From an uncultured virus (IMG/VR IMGVR_UViG_3300049576_000013) (lineage: Duplodnaviria > Heunggongvirae > Uroviricota > Caudoviricetes), in IMG/VR virus record IMGVR_UViG_3300049576_000013: a DNA stretch of 64,000 bases. One strand, written 5' to 3'. Every line of letters starts with the position of its first letter. Positions within the stretch are counted from its first letter, which is position 1. The position numbers were made by a program, and so were the translations under genes. A model generated the notes under the pieces. That model did not search any database. It saw nothing but the letters and a program-made list of their open reading frames with translations, and had not been told where the DNA came from. Shown one piece after another: positions 24,704-33,924 of the stretch.

Positions 24704-25387
24704 CTAGCCCCCATGGTGGTGCAGGCGCCACCACAGGTGCCATGGAAGGTTGTAGTTGTACCGCACCTTCTCCTCGTTGAGCCGGAGTAGTACCGGCAGG
24801 GATAGTTGATCCTGGTGGGACCAGTTCAGGCACTCGACCCACCACTGCTCCCCTACCTCTAGCACGGCCGCCGTGTGGCGCCGCACGTTCGCGCCCGTAG
24901 CCATCAGCCCCCAGTTCACTGGGTGGCCGATGCTGCGGTAGAAGCTGGCCTGGGCCAGGATGGAGTCACGGTCGTACCGGGCCAGGGTGGCGCTGAACTC
25001 CGCCTCTGGGTAGATGCAGCGCCGGTGTGGGTGCGGCACCATGGCCCAGTCGTCGTTGCCCAGGGCAGCTAGGCAGCGTTCCACGTAGTCTGTGATCAGC
25101 ACCTCCATGCTGGCGTCTATCCAGAGGGAGATCTCTGTGCCAGGCGGCGTTGCCAGTTCCGGGTGACACTTCCAGTATTTGTGGGCCAGCATGGGCGCGG
25201 TGATAGTCGGGGAGCCCTTCATGGTGGCGATGTAGTGCGGCACCACCTCCGGCTCCCAGCCAAGCTCCTCGGCTCGCTCAGCGGTCTCCTCGGAGTCGGT
25301 CCAGAACAGGCACGGCACGTCGGTCTGCGGGGCTGGCTTCACGGTGTCGTAGGGGCCATACAGGGCGGTGTAGAGGCTAACCGACAT
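24704..25387 (-). CDS. DUF616 (TOD1/MUCI70-like) glycosyltransferase
   Basis: YTALYGPYD, KYWKCHP, SLWIDAS, HPHRRCIYPEA, QDQLSLP. Confidence 0.8.
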   Translation of the reverse strand: MSVSLYTALYGPYDTVKPAPQTDVPCLFWTDSEETAERAEELGWEPEVVPHYIATMKGSPTITAPMLAHKYWKCHPELATPPGTEISLWIDASMEVLITDYVERCLAALGNDDWAMVPHPHRRCIYPEAEFSATLARYDRDSILAQASFYRSIGHPVNWGLMATGANVRRHTAAVLEVGEQWWVECLNWSHQDQLSLPVLLRLNEEKVRYNYNLPWHLWWRLHHHGG

Positions 25388-25796
25388 ACAGTTTCTCCCC
25401 ACCTTGCCATCGCCCTTGGAAGGCACCTAGTTCCTGTAAATCACTACTCACTAGGATCTGTTCTACGTCTTTCCATAGAGCAATTGCGGGTCCAATTCGC
25501 GTTCCAGTTGCAAAAGACAGAAGGTCTATGCGGATTCCGTGATTATCGGCCCCTGTCACCCACCCCACTGGGCATCTTTTTCCAGTGCAGCCGATAGCCA
25601 CTGGATCATTTAAGCGAAGAATAGTGATATCTCTGAACACGGGCGATATTGCATGCAGGAATGCCTGGTGAAATACCCCCTGGCAGCGACAAGTACAAGT
25701 ACCACCGCGCTCACGGGCGAACAGGCACCCTGGCGTACACCTTCCCTCTTCCAGCAACTGGACAAGTTCATCGATGCTCAAATCGAGGTTGCTCAC
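25377..25796 (-). CDS. Lower-GC Cys-rich hypothetical protein
   Basis: GAGGAG SD, GTGA overlap; CLFA...CTCRCQGxxH. Confidence 0.55.
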   Translation of the reverse strand: MSNLDLSIDELVQLLEEGRCTPGCLFARERGGTCTCRCQGVFHQAFLHAISPVFRDITILRLNDPVAIGCTGKRCPVGWVTGADNHGIRIDLLSFATGTRIGPAIALWKDVEQILVSSDLQELGAFQGRWQGGEKLYVG

Positions 25797-26683
25797 GCGA
25801 CTCCTCGGTACCACTCGATCGTGTCGTTGATCTTGGTCCAGTCCAGGTGCGGGCGCCAGCCCTCCTCTTGATCCAGGATCCCCCAGTTCTCGCCAGTGGC
25901 GGGGATCCACGTGGGCTGGTCCAGGATCCCCCAGTTCTCGCCAGTGGCGAAGATCCACGTGGGCTCCTCGCCATCACGCATGGGCAGGAACTTGATGCTG
26001 GAGCTGGACCCAGTCACCTTGATGACGTGCTCGGCCACCGAGAGCACGCTGACACCAGTACCGGAGCCAGCGTCGATGGTGATATTGTCGATCTCACCAG
26101 TCACCGTCTTCTCGGCGGCGATCAGCAAGATCCGGGCAATGTCGTCGATATGGATCAGATCGACACCCTGCTGCCCGTCGCCCCACACCGGCAGTGGTTC
26201 GTTACGCCAGGCGCAGGTGGCAAACGTTGGCATGATCTTCTGCGGATGACCGGGGCCGAACTTCTGGCCTGGACCATAGGCATTGAAGGCGCGAACATGG
26301 GACACCTTCAGGCCACGGGAGTGATGCAGGGCGTTGGCTAAGCGCACGGTGGCGATCTTCGTGGCCGTGTAGATGCTGGGGAACACGTCCGGCATGGTGA
26401 TTCCGATGTAGGCAGCGTTGTTGGCCACACACCACTCCATGACCCGCAACGAGCCATGGATGTTCACGTCCACAGCCGTCTTCAGGTCATTGAACAGCTC
26501 ATGGGTGCCCAGCACCCCGGCCAGGTGAATAACTACGTCGGCGCCACCTAGATCGTGCAGGTCACCCAGGATGTCGTTGCCATCGTTACGGTCGAAGCGC
26601 CACATCTCGTGGCCCCGCAGGCTGCCCTGGGCGATGACAGGTGCCCCAATGAAGCCTCCGCCACCGGTCACTGCGATCTTCAC
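25793..26683 (-). CDS. NAD-dependent epimerase/dehydratase (extended SDR)
   Basis: TGGGGFIG, VIHLAG, YTATK (YxxxK), FNAYGP, DLIHIDD. Confidence 0.9.
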   Translation of the reverse strand: MKIAVTGGGGFIGAPVIAQGSLRGHEMWRFDRNDGNDILGDLHDLGGADVVIHLAGVLGTHELFNDLKTAVDVNIHGSLRVMEWCVANNAAYIGITMPDVFPSIYTATKIATVRLANALHHSRGLKVSHVRAFNAYGPGQKFGPGHPQKIMPTFATCAWRNEPLPVWGDGQQGVDLIHIDDIARILLIAAEKTVTGEIDNITIDAGSGTGVSVLSVAEHVIKVTGSSSSIKFLPMRDGEEPTWIFATGENWGILDQPTWIPATGENWGILDQEEGWRPHLDWTKINDTIEWYRGVA

Positions 26684-26691
26684 GCTAGCCC

Positions 26692-27360
26692 CTATCCCTG
26701 CCCCTTGACGGTGAGCTGCCAGGCAAGTAGCTCCTCCAGCACATCGTAGGGGGAGGAGGCCCCCGTGCGGTTGATCACGTCGTCGGGAACTTCGTTGAAC
26801 TGCTCCAGCCCCATATCCATGATCATGTCGTATTTGTCCTGGAGAGTCTGGTTTCCTGGGTCCAGATCCCACACCACCAACGTGCCGGTAGGGGTCGTGT
26901 CGACCAGTCGCATCTCCAGGTCAGGTCGGTACTGGCGCAGGATGTTGGTCACCTTCCACACATCCCCAGTCCAGTCACCCGGGCACTGCTCCCGGGCTGC
27001 CTCACCTTGGTTGCGCGGCAGCACGTCGTCGAACACCACCACGGTGCGCATGTTCGCCCACGTCTCCACGCCGATGAAGTCGCGGAGCGCGAACTCAAAC
27101 AGATGCATACCGTCGATGAAGGCCAAGTCGATGGTGCCCAGTGCCTCCCGCTCCGCGTTGGCGAAGACATGGTCACTGGTGCCTCGGGCCACTCGCTCAT
27201 TGGGGCGCAGGTGCCGGCGCAGCGCCGGCTCTGGGTCCACGCCGAGCGCCGGACACTGGGCGAGGATTAGGGAGTCGCCCTGATGGACGCCGATTTCCAG
27301 GTAGCCCCGAGGCTGGAGCAGGTCGTGGAGTTTAGACAGGAAGGTATGTCGAGTTATCAC
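26692..27360 (-). CDS. Class I SAM methyltransferase (Methyltransf_24-like)
   Basis: YLEIGVHQG, DLAFIDGMH, VVFDD, WTGDVWK. Confidence 0.85.
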   Translation of the reverse strand: MITRHTFLSKLHDLLQPRGYLEIGVHQGDSLILAQCPALGVDPEPALRRHLRPNERVARGTSDHVFANAEREALGTIDLAFIDGMHLFEFALRDFIGVETWANMRTVVVFDDVLPRNQGEAAREQCPGDWTGDVWKVTNILRQYRPDLEMRLVDTTPTGTLVVWDLDPGNQTLQDKYDMIMDMGLEQFNEVPDDVINRTGASSPYDVLEELLAWQLTVKGQG

Positions 27361-28073
27361 CAGGGCCTCATTCCCCAATAAGCCACGAACGCCGCTGCGT
27401 CCTTTGCAATCTGTTCCTGTAGCTCAGGTGTCACCTGGCCATTCTCGGCCAAGTGCTCCACCCAGAAGCCAGGAATGGCCACCACCCCCCCAAGCTGGCG
27501 GCTGAGCCAGTCCAGGTGATCATCGCCGAACCACCACTTCAGTTGCTCGTTGGCCCTGGCGCCCTTCTCCCCAGCCAGGATGAAGGCCCAGCCGGTCATC
27601 CTGGTGAATAGGTTGACCGGCTGGGGGGCCAGGTGAACCAGGGGACGGTGGCGCACGTAGGGGCCACGGGAGCAGCCGGCGGCGCCCCCGTGGCCCCGCA
27701 TGGCACTTGAGACGGCATCGAACCAGCCAGGCGGGACGATGGCATCGTCATTGAGGATGGCCACGTCCCACTTTGGACTCGGGTCGGGAGAATCTGTGTA
27801 GTTGTGTAGAAAGACTCGGGCCTGAGACAAGCCCATGTTCCACAGTTGTGACAGGTTGACCGGGTCAACCGGATCATGAATGAAGGTCACGTTGTCCAAC
27901 GGCTCAGGTACCGGACCTACCCCGATCGTGCCGGCCTTCGTGTTGTCGATCACGAAGACTTGATCAACCTGCGGAGCGATGGCGTTCAGGCAGCGCTCCA
28001 GAAGGATGATCCGGTCGATGGTCTGCGGCCTGGAGGGGATGACCGCGAACCGGGGGATCCTAGCCTCGCTCAA
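27357..28073 (-). CDS. GT-A fold glycosyltransferase
   Basis: VIDN, WNMG, AILNDD, WWFGDD. Confidence 0.75.
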   Translation of the reverse strand: MSEARIPRFAVIPSRPQTIDRIILLERCLNAIAPQVDQVFVIDNTKAGTIGVGPVPEPLDNVTFIHDPVDPVNLSQLWNMGLSQARVFLHNYTDSPDPSPKWDVAILNDDAIVPPGWFDAVSSAMRGHGGAAGCSRGPYVRHRPLVHLAPQPVNLFTRMTGWAFILAGEKGARANEQLKWWFGDDHLDWLSRQLGGVVAIPGFWVEHLAENGQVTPELQEQIAKDAAAFVAYWGMRPW

Positions 28074-29121
28074 TCTTCAGCGCCTCCTCCCACGCCTCCA
28101 GCCACCGCCACGCCTGCTCCTGGTAGGTCTGGTCCTTCATGTACGCCCTCCCAGCTTCGGCCTGCTCCTGGCGCAGGGTGGGGCTGTCCAGGAGCTTCTT
28201 CAACTGGACCTTCCACTCCTTGGCACTGTTGGCGAACAGGCCGCAGCCGGACTCACGATGGAGCCTACGGTACTCCTCCCTGGGGGAGGAAACCCAGGGC
28301 ACGCCGACGGCCATGTACTCGATGCCCTTGAGCCTGGACTTGGCTGTATTGAAGGCGGTGGGGGCCAACGGGATCATGCCCACGTCGAACGTGTCAGCGA
28401 TCCGCTGCGCCCAGTGCACCAGCTCCACTGACCCGGTGCACTCCGGCTCCTCGCGCAGCCGCAGGCACTCCTTCACCCGGGACCGGCCGCCCACCACCCG
28501 GAACGGGTAGCCTTCGTCGATCAGCTCCTGGACCGCCCGACCGGTGATCTGGAGGTCGTTGGGGTGGCTCTTTGTGGTCCCCGCCCAGCCGAAGCACCCG
28601 GTCTCCTGCTTCGCCATGTCGAGGTAGGCGGCCGGGATGTAGTTGTCCAGCACCCTTCCTCGCCCATGCTTGGCGTAGGTGCGTTGCAGGGCGCGGGTGC
28701 TGGTGGTGACCATGGTGGCCACCTTGCAAGACTCCTCGGCGTGCTTCCAGGAGTACGGGGTGCTGGAGGTGGTTCGGTACTGATGGAAGGCCACGTTGTC
28801 CGGGTGGATGGAGGACATGTCGTCGTCCATGTCGACGATGACGGCCACCCCGTTGGCTCGGATCATCTTGATCATCTCGGGCTGTAGCGGGTGAGCCGGT
28901 CGTTGGATCACGATCACGTCCGCGTCTTCCGGGATAGCCACAGCCTTGAGCTTCTGTTTCCCGTCGGTCTCTTCGATCTTGGCCATGAAGCCAGTGTTTT
29001 GTTTCGGCGGCAGGATCTGGATGGTGTGCTCCGTCTGCTGCCGCTGTAGCACATTCGCTGGCCAGATGAGTCTGTAGTGCCCACATCCCCACGGATCGCC
29101 GGGGAGAACGTAGACCTTCAC
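28060..29121 (-). CDS. GT-B (GT4-like) glycosyltransferase
   Basis: GCGHYR..WP, DMDDD, FGWAG, FNTAKSRLKGIEYMAVGVPWVSS. Confidence 0.85.
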   Translation of the reverse strand: MKVYVLPGDPWGCGHYRLIWPANVLQRQQTEHTIQILPPKQNTGFMAKIEETDGKQKLKAVAIPEDADVIVIQRPAHPLQPEMIKMIRANGVAVIVDMDDDMSSIHPDNVAFHQYRTTSSTPYSWKHAEESCKVATMVTTSTRALQRTYAKHGRGRVLDNYIPAAYLDMAKQETGCFGWAGTTKSHPNDLQITGRAVQELIDEGYPFRVVGGRSRVKECLRLREEPECTGSVELVHWAQRIADTFDVGMIPLAPTAFNTAKSRLKGIEYMAVGVPWVSSPREEYRRLHRESGCGLFANSAKEWKVQLKKLLDSPTLRQEQAEAGRAYMKDQTYQEQAWRWLEAWEEALKIERG

Positions 29122-29633
29122 AGTGGAGACCCCTGGGCGATCACGTGAACCCGGGTGGTAGTGGTGTTGGTTCGATATAGCCACACCGTGCACCCAGTTG
29201 CGGTGATCTGGTTCATGCTCACTTCATGCACCTGTGAACCTGGCACTGAGCTCTCTGCCGAGACCGTCACATGGACGGTGCCCGGAAGGGCGCGACCCCA
29301 TGTCACCGATGCCGAGGTGGGAGTGTTGGCCACCGGCGTGAAGGAGATAGACGTGGAGGCGTGGTTAGACAACGCCTGTCCCACCACGTAGCAGGCACCC
29401 TCCGGGACTTGGATAACGAACACCCGCAGCCCATTGATCCACCCCATGTCACCCATGAACTGGGCACTGATGGCCGAAGTGTCACCATCCAACGTCACTG
29501 TCTTGTTGATGGCGTCAGTCACCGTGCCTAGGCGAAGGCTCCAGGTCAGGCCCAATCGACTGGCACCCTCCACCACGGCTTGGACGCCGGTGGCGACAAG
29601 GGACGGGGCCTCCATGACATCCGGTTGGGTCAC
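29118..29633 (-). CDS. Minor tail protein
   Basis: Position after tail genes. Confidence 0.6.
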   Translation of the reverse strand: MTQPDVMEAPSLVATGVQAVVEGASRLGLTWSLRLGTVTDAINKTVTLDGDTSAISAQFMGDMGWINGLRVFVIQVPEGACYVVGQALSNHASTSISFTPVANTPTSASVTWGRALPGTVHVTVSAESSVPGSQVHEVSMNQITATGCTVWLYRTNTTTTRVHVIAQGSPL

Positions 29634-30694
29634 TCGTACACCTTCCGCAGTAGGTGTGACATGGCTCCCCCCTCAGTGAGTGACATGGACCAGGCAATCT
29701 CCAGCCACTTACTTCCTTGCCATCGGATGACGTTGTACGAGTCATGGCGGGGGTCCGGGGGAGTGGTGAGCTGTACCCGTTCGAACACCGTCTTCCGGCG
29801 AGCCAGCCCCTGCGCCACTGCGTTTGCCTGGGACGCATCGAACAGGGGAATGTTCTGCACCGACGCCACCACGAACCCCCGCTGTGCCACCGAATGCGGC
29901 GCGGTGGGAGGCACATCGGCGGTAGCTGTCACCTCCAGGGAGATGTCGCCAGAGGAGTTGGAGTTCACCACAAACCGGTTGGGGGCGAGGATGAGGTCAT
30001 CGGTCATGATGATCGGTTCCCGGATTACCCGGTCATGGTCATCGAAGTCGAAGTCTGGTAGCCGAGTCGCCGGGTCGAAGGTGCGGATGAACCGCAGCAC
30101 CCCGTTGTTGTCGAACCAGGGTGAGAAGTAGTCGCCCGTGATCGACAGCTGCTCCAGGATCTGCCCCCGACTGGTACCTGAACCCCACGATTCCACGGCC
30201 TGATACGGGGAGGGCTCCATCCTGTAGCGGATCGGTAGTCCAGCCAGGGTGTTCTTGATGACGTTGGTAGTGGCAATCCCGGCCCCCGAGATGCCGGCAG
30301 TGATCTGCTGATCAACCAGGAACATCTCGTCGCCGAGAGCCATGGTGCCGAGCTGCCCGCTGGTGTACTGCTGCCGACTGGCATCGATGAACATGTACAT
30401 CCCCATGGGGTAGCTGGCCCCATTGGGGAACACCATCGACACCCGGATCCGGTCAGTGATCGTGTTGACGGCAGCGGTGTCGGCAGCACCCAGCTCCAGA
30501 TTAAGTTGACGCTTAATGATCCTGGTCGTTTCGTGACTAAGGGTGGCCCCTCTGATGGGGTGAACCTCCCCCAGCTCCTCGCCGGTGACGCCGTTGAACC
30601 GCTCGAACTTGAAGGTTGCCTGACGCTGACCCACCCATGGCGCCAAGTCCAGGAGGTCGTCGTGGTGGAATGCAGTGAGCAGTTGGTGGGCCAT
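29630..30694 (-). CDS. Minor tail protein (hub-like)
   Basis: PWFDNNG, PNRFVV motifs; position. Confidence 0.7.
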   Translation of the reverse strand: MAHQLLTAFHHDDLLDLAPWVGQRQATFKFERFNGVTGEELGEVHPIRGATLSHETTRIIKRQLNLELGAADTAAVNTITDRIRVSMVFPNGASYPMGMYMFIDASRQQYTSGQLGTMALGDEMFLVDQQITAGISGAGIATTNVIKNTLAGLPIRYRMEPSPYQAVESWGSGTSRGQILEQLSITGDYFSPWFDNNGVLRFIRTFDPATRLPDFDFDDHDRVIREPIIMTDDLILAPNRFVVNSNSSGDISLEVTATADVPPTAPHSVAQRGFVVASVQNIPLFDASQANAVAQGLARRKTVFERVQLTTPPDPRHDSYNVIRWQGSKWLEIAWSMSLTEGGAMSHLLRKVYE

Positions 30695-33600
30695 CAGGGA
30701 TCCACCTCGCTCGGCGTAGCGGTAACCTCCACGATCTCCACCGGAGCGCGGTAGATGCGGCGGTACAACTGCACACGACCACCGGGCACCAGGACGGTGG
30801 CGAACCACCGGTTGCCATCCTCGTCCCGTACGCACACGTAGGACGTGTCAGCCCAGGCCATGTCCCGCAGGCTGGTGAAGTCACCCAGCGTCTCCGGGGA
30901 GATGGCGGCGGCCTGGACTAGGACGGTGCGGCTGAATCGCTCCCCGCCCCGCTCAGAGGGCCGGAAGGCGGTGAAGAAGTCACGCCCGTACATAGCTTGC
31001 AGCTGAGTGAAGTCAGCCTCTGGGAAGACGAAGTCCTCGGTGACCTGCCCCTCCCAGACACTGGAGTAGGCCAGGTTCGAGCCCCCGTCCTGGCGCTCAT
31101 TGGAGGAGAACACCAGCAGGTGTCCGCCCTCACAGCCGATCTCCACACCAGGCTCCGGAATCGTGGCACTGACCTCACTGGACCATTGGCCGGGGAAGTC
31201 GTACACGTCGACCATGCGGATGCGGTACGTCGACTCGATACCGATCCGGGCCTCGTAGTCATTGAAGCTGCTTTGTCCGGGGCTAGTGGCGCCCATGATG
31301 GTCTGCCATTCACTGTCCACAGTGTCCATGCGCTGTAGCTCGTACTTACCGAACCAGTAGCCAGGCGGAGTGGCCAGAAACTCCTCATAAGCCATCGTAT
31401 TGGTGGTGGTTGTGTCACTGGATGTGAACGTACCTGCACCGTCTCCAGTGGTGAGGTTCGTATCAGTGGTTTCCAGGTCCCAGAAATCAGGCTCGGGACT
31501 GTTTTCCGGCCACGCCTTGGCCCGGAGAAAGCCGCCATACCCGACGAAGCGGAAGTACAGCATCGCACCCGCGCCACCAGGGTAGGGCAGTGTTACCGAG
31601 ATGATGTCTGTGTTGGAGCCGCCCACCCGGCGACCGATACGCATGGTGCCCACGCCAGCCGAGGTGAAGTTGGTCTTCATGTAGTAGTAGTTGCTGCTGT
31701 CGGTGTAGCGACCGATGAACCCCACATCGAACCCGGTACCGGTGATCACGTTCGTGACACCAGCCCTGGCCCGGATGTCGAAGTTGGGGCTACCGATGTC
31801 GGTGATGGCGTCGAAACCAGCCCCGGCGGAGTTAGGAGTCACAAGACCCTGACCATCAGCAACGCTGAACGCCGCCCCTACGTTAACCGTCCAGGCATTT
31901 CCGATGTCCGGAGTACCCCAGTCCCCCGACTCGGTTCGATCGAAACTGTCGCTAGTCACCTCACCATCGAACGGCAAGGACCAGGAGATCTCGTTGAAGT
32001 ACATCTCGGATGGAATGCAGCAAGGATCAATCCCGCATTCCTGGCCGATGCCGGAGAGGGCCTGGCTGCTGACCTCAACGGTGAGACCAGTGACGGTGGG
32101 GGCATCTTGGGCGAAGATGATGACCGCGTCACTGGTCTGATCGTCGGCAGTTGCGGTGATCGCCGGAGAGTATTGCGGCACCCAGCCCATGTTGATCGTA
32201 GAACCAGCCGAGGGAGCCCCATAAGTAGCCGTCGACAACTGGTTGGGGCTCGGCACCAGCAGCTTGGTGTTACCCGGATTGCCCGACAGGGCCGGGGCAG
32301 TGACACCCAGCACCTCCCAGCGGTTGCCGATGTTCTCCCCGGGTGCCCGCCACCGGAACTGAGGGTTGGTACCAGTGCCCATCGTGGGAGGTGTCACGAA
32401 CCGGAGGGTGACTTCCTTCCAGCCGTCTACGATCTCGTCTAGTTCATCCCACTCAGCGGGGGTGAGGGACACACTGGTGCCTGTGCCGGTGACCGCCGGG
32501 TTGTCAAGGATCAGCGGCACCGTGGTGTCACCGAAGCGACGAGCGTAGTAGCGCACCCACGGGTAGCTTCCAGCCCCACCGGCCGCGCCGTCCAGGATCT
32601 CCTGGGTGGCCGAGACGGTTCCGTACACCTCGGCCTTGGCCTGGCGCCCGTAGACGTGCACCTCGGTCAGTGGCCCTGAACCAGACGTGTGCAGGGACAG
32701 CTGGGGGATGACGTGAACGTGTTCCTTGGTGAAGGTGTCCCCGATCCGGTCCTCGGCGGGGAAGGGGACGTTGACCTGGACACCAGGATGGGTGGGCAGG
32801 GTGTACAGCTCACGGAGGCCGTTGACCTTGGGGAAGTCAGCCTGGGTGTTGGAGGAGAAGGAGATGTCCCCCGGGTCGACCCAGGCGAGGGTAGCGGTGT
32901 AGTTACCCGCAGGGAGGACTGGATCGGCGGTGTTGTTGGTGTCATACAGAGGAACGATGTTGGTGCCCTGGATGAAGGATGCGATGGTCCCGCCGTAGGC
33001 GACCCTCTTCTCCTCGCAGTAGAGGACCCGTAGAGCCATGTACTCCAGTCGAAGGCTGGCTGAATCAGCGTCAACGTCATCTGGGTCATTGAGCTGGATG
33101 AAGATCCATGGTTGCAGCCGGTTGCTTGCGCCCGCCTCGAAGCGCTGAAGGTCCACGTATCGCCAAGGCAGGTACAGGGTCGTGGTGGCCGAAACTGTGC
33201 CGCTGGTGCTGGTGAACGGAGTGACATCGCCGAAGTTCAGGTAACTGAACTGTGCCGTGTCGATGGCGCTGTTTGAGTTCGGGTTGGGGATCGTGTTCAG
33301 TCCCAAGGCCCCACTGGGCGAGGAGTAGTTGCCTCGATAGGACTTCGACTGCGTGGCGGCGTTATTGAAAATTGTGACAGTTGTCGTCGCCGTTGATGGG
33401 TCAGTGTCTACGTACGGTATGTTGACGTTGTTTACGGTGTAATACACTGCACCCTGGGTGATCATGGCCACGTTGAGGATCCGCTTACCGGCCAGCTCCG
33501 GGTAATTATTCACCCCGAACGACACTGCCATTTGCTGTAGCGTGCCATCGTAGGTGGCCGAGATGTAGGCCCCATCACCTGGTCGCCAGAGAGCACCAGC

Positions 33601-33924
33601 TACGGACGATGTTCCGACGAGTGAGAAGTTGGAGCCAGTAAGGGCGCCGAACGACACCGGGATGACGACTTCCTTGATCGGCCCGGTGGCCGCCTCCTGA
33701 CCCTGTGGATAAATGTTGATCATGCGGGCTTGGTTCTGGATGTTCACCGGCGGGATGTCATTGATGTAGAACCGGCCATCCCGCACCCGACGCGAGGTCT
33801 CCAGGCTGAAGCTGGAGCCTACCTCGAACGTGTTCGCACCGGGCAGGAAGAAGATGTCCTCGTCTCGAATCCCTACGAACTCCTGGCCGAGGATCTGTGG
33901 CGCATGCGGGTTGTATTCGCCCAT
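30694..33924 (-). CDS. Large minor tail protein
   Basis: About 1076 aa, beta-rich, DSFDRT..xWGT lectin-like segment; follows tape measure. Confidence 0.75.
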   Translation of the reverse strand: MGEYNPHAPQILGQEFVGIRDEDIFFLPGANTFEVGSSFSLETSRRVRDGRFYINDIPPVNIQNQARMINIYPQGQEAATGPIKEVVIPVSFGALTGSNFSLVGTSSVAGALWRPGDGAYISATYDGTLQQMAVSFGVNNYPELAGKRILNVAMITQGAVYYTVNNVNIPYVDTDPSTATTTVTIFNNAATQSKSYRGNYSSPSGALGLNTIPNPNSNSAIDTAQFSYLNFGDVTPFTSTSGTVSATTTLYLPWRYVDLQRFEAGASNRLQPWIFIQLNDPDDVDADSASLRLEYMALRVLYCEEKRVAYGGTIASFIQGTNIVPLYDTNNTADPVLPAGNYTATLAWVDPGDISFSSNTQADFPKVNGLRELYTLPTHPGVQVNVPFPAEDRIGDTFTKEHVHVIPQLSLHTSGSGPLTEVHVYGRQAKAEVYGTVSATQEILDGAAGGAGSYPWVRYYARRFGDTTVPLILDNPAVTGTGTSVSLTPAEWDELDEIVDGWKEVTLRFVTPPTMGTGTNPQFRWRAPGENIGNRWEVLGVTAPALSGNPGNTKLLVPSPNQLSTATYGAPSAGSTINMGWVPQYSPAITATADDQTSDAVIIFAQDAPTVTGLTVEVSSQALSGIGQECGIDPCCIPSEMYFNEISWSLPFDGEVTSDSFDRTESGDWGTPDIGNAWTVNVGAAFSVADGQGLVTPNSAGAGFDAITDIGSPNFDIRARAGVTNVITGTGFDVGFIGRYTDSSNYYYMKTNFTSAGVGTMRIGRRVGGSNTDIISVTLPYPGGAGAMLYFRFVGYGGFLRAKAWPENSPEPDFWDLETTDTNLTTGDGAGTFTSSDTTTTNTMAYEEFLATPPGYWFGKYELQRMDTVDSEWQTIMGATSPGQSSFNDYEARIGIESTYRIRMVDVYDFPGQWSSEVSATIPEPGVEIGCEGGHLLVFSSNERQDGGSNLAYSSVWEGQVTEDFVFPEADFTQLQAMYGRDFFTAFRPSERGGERFSRTVLVQAAAISPETLGDFTSLRDMAWADTSYVCVRDEDGNRWFATVLVPGGRVQLYRRIYRAPVEIVEVTATPSEVDP

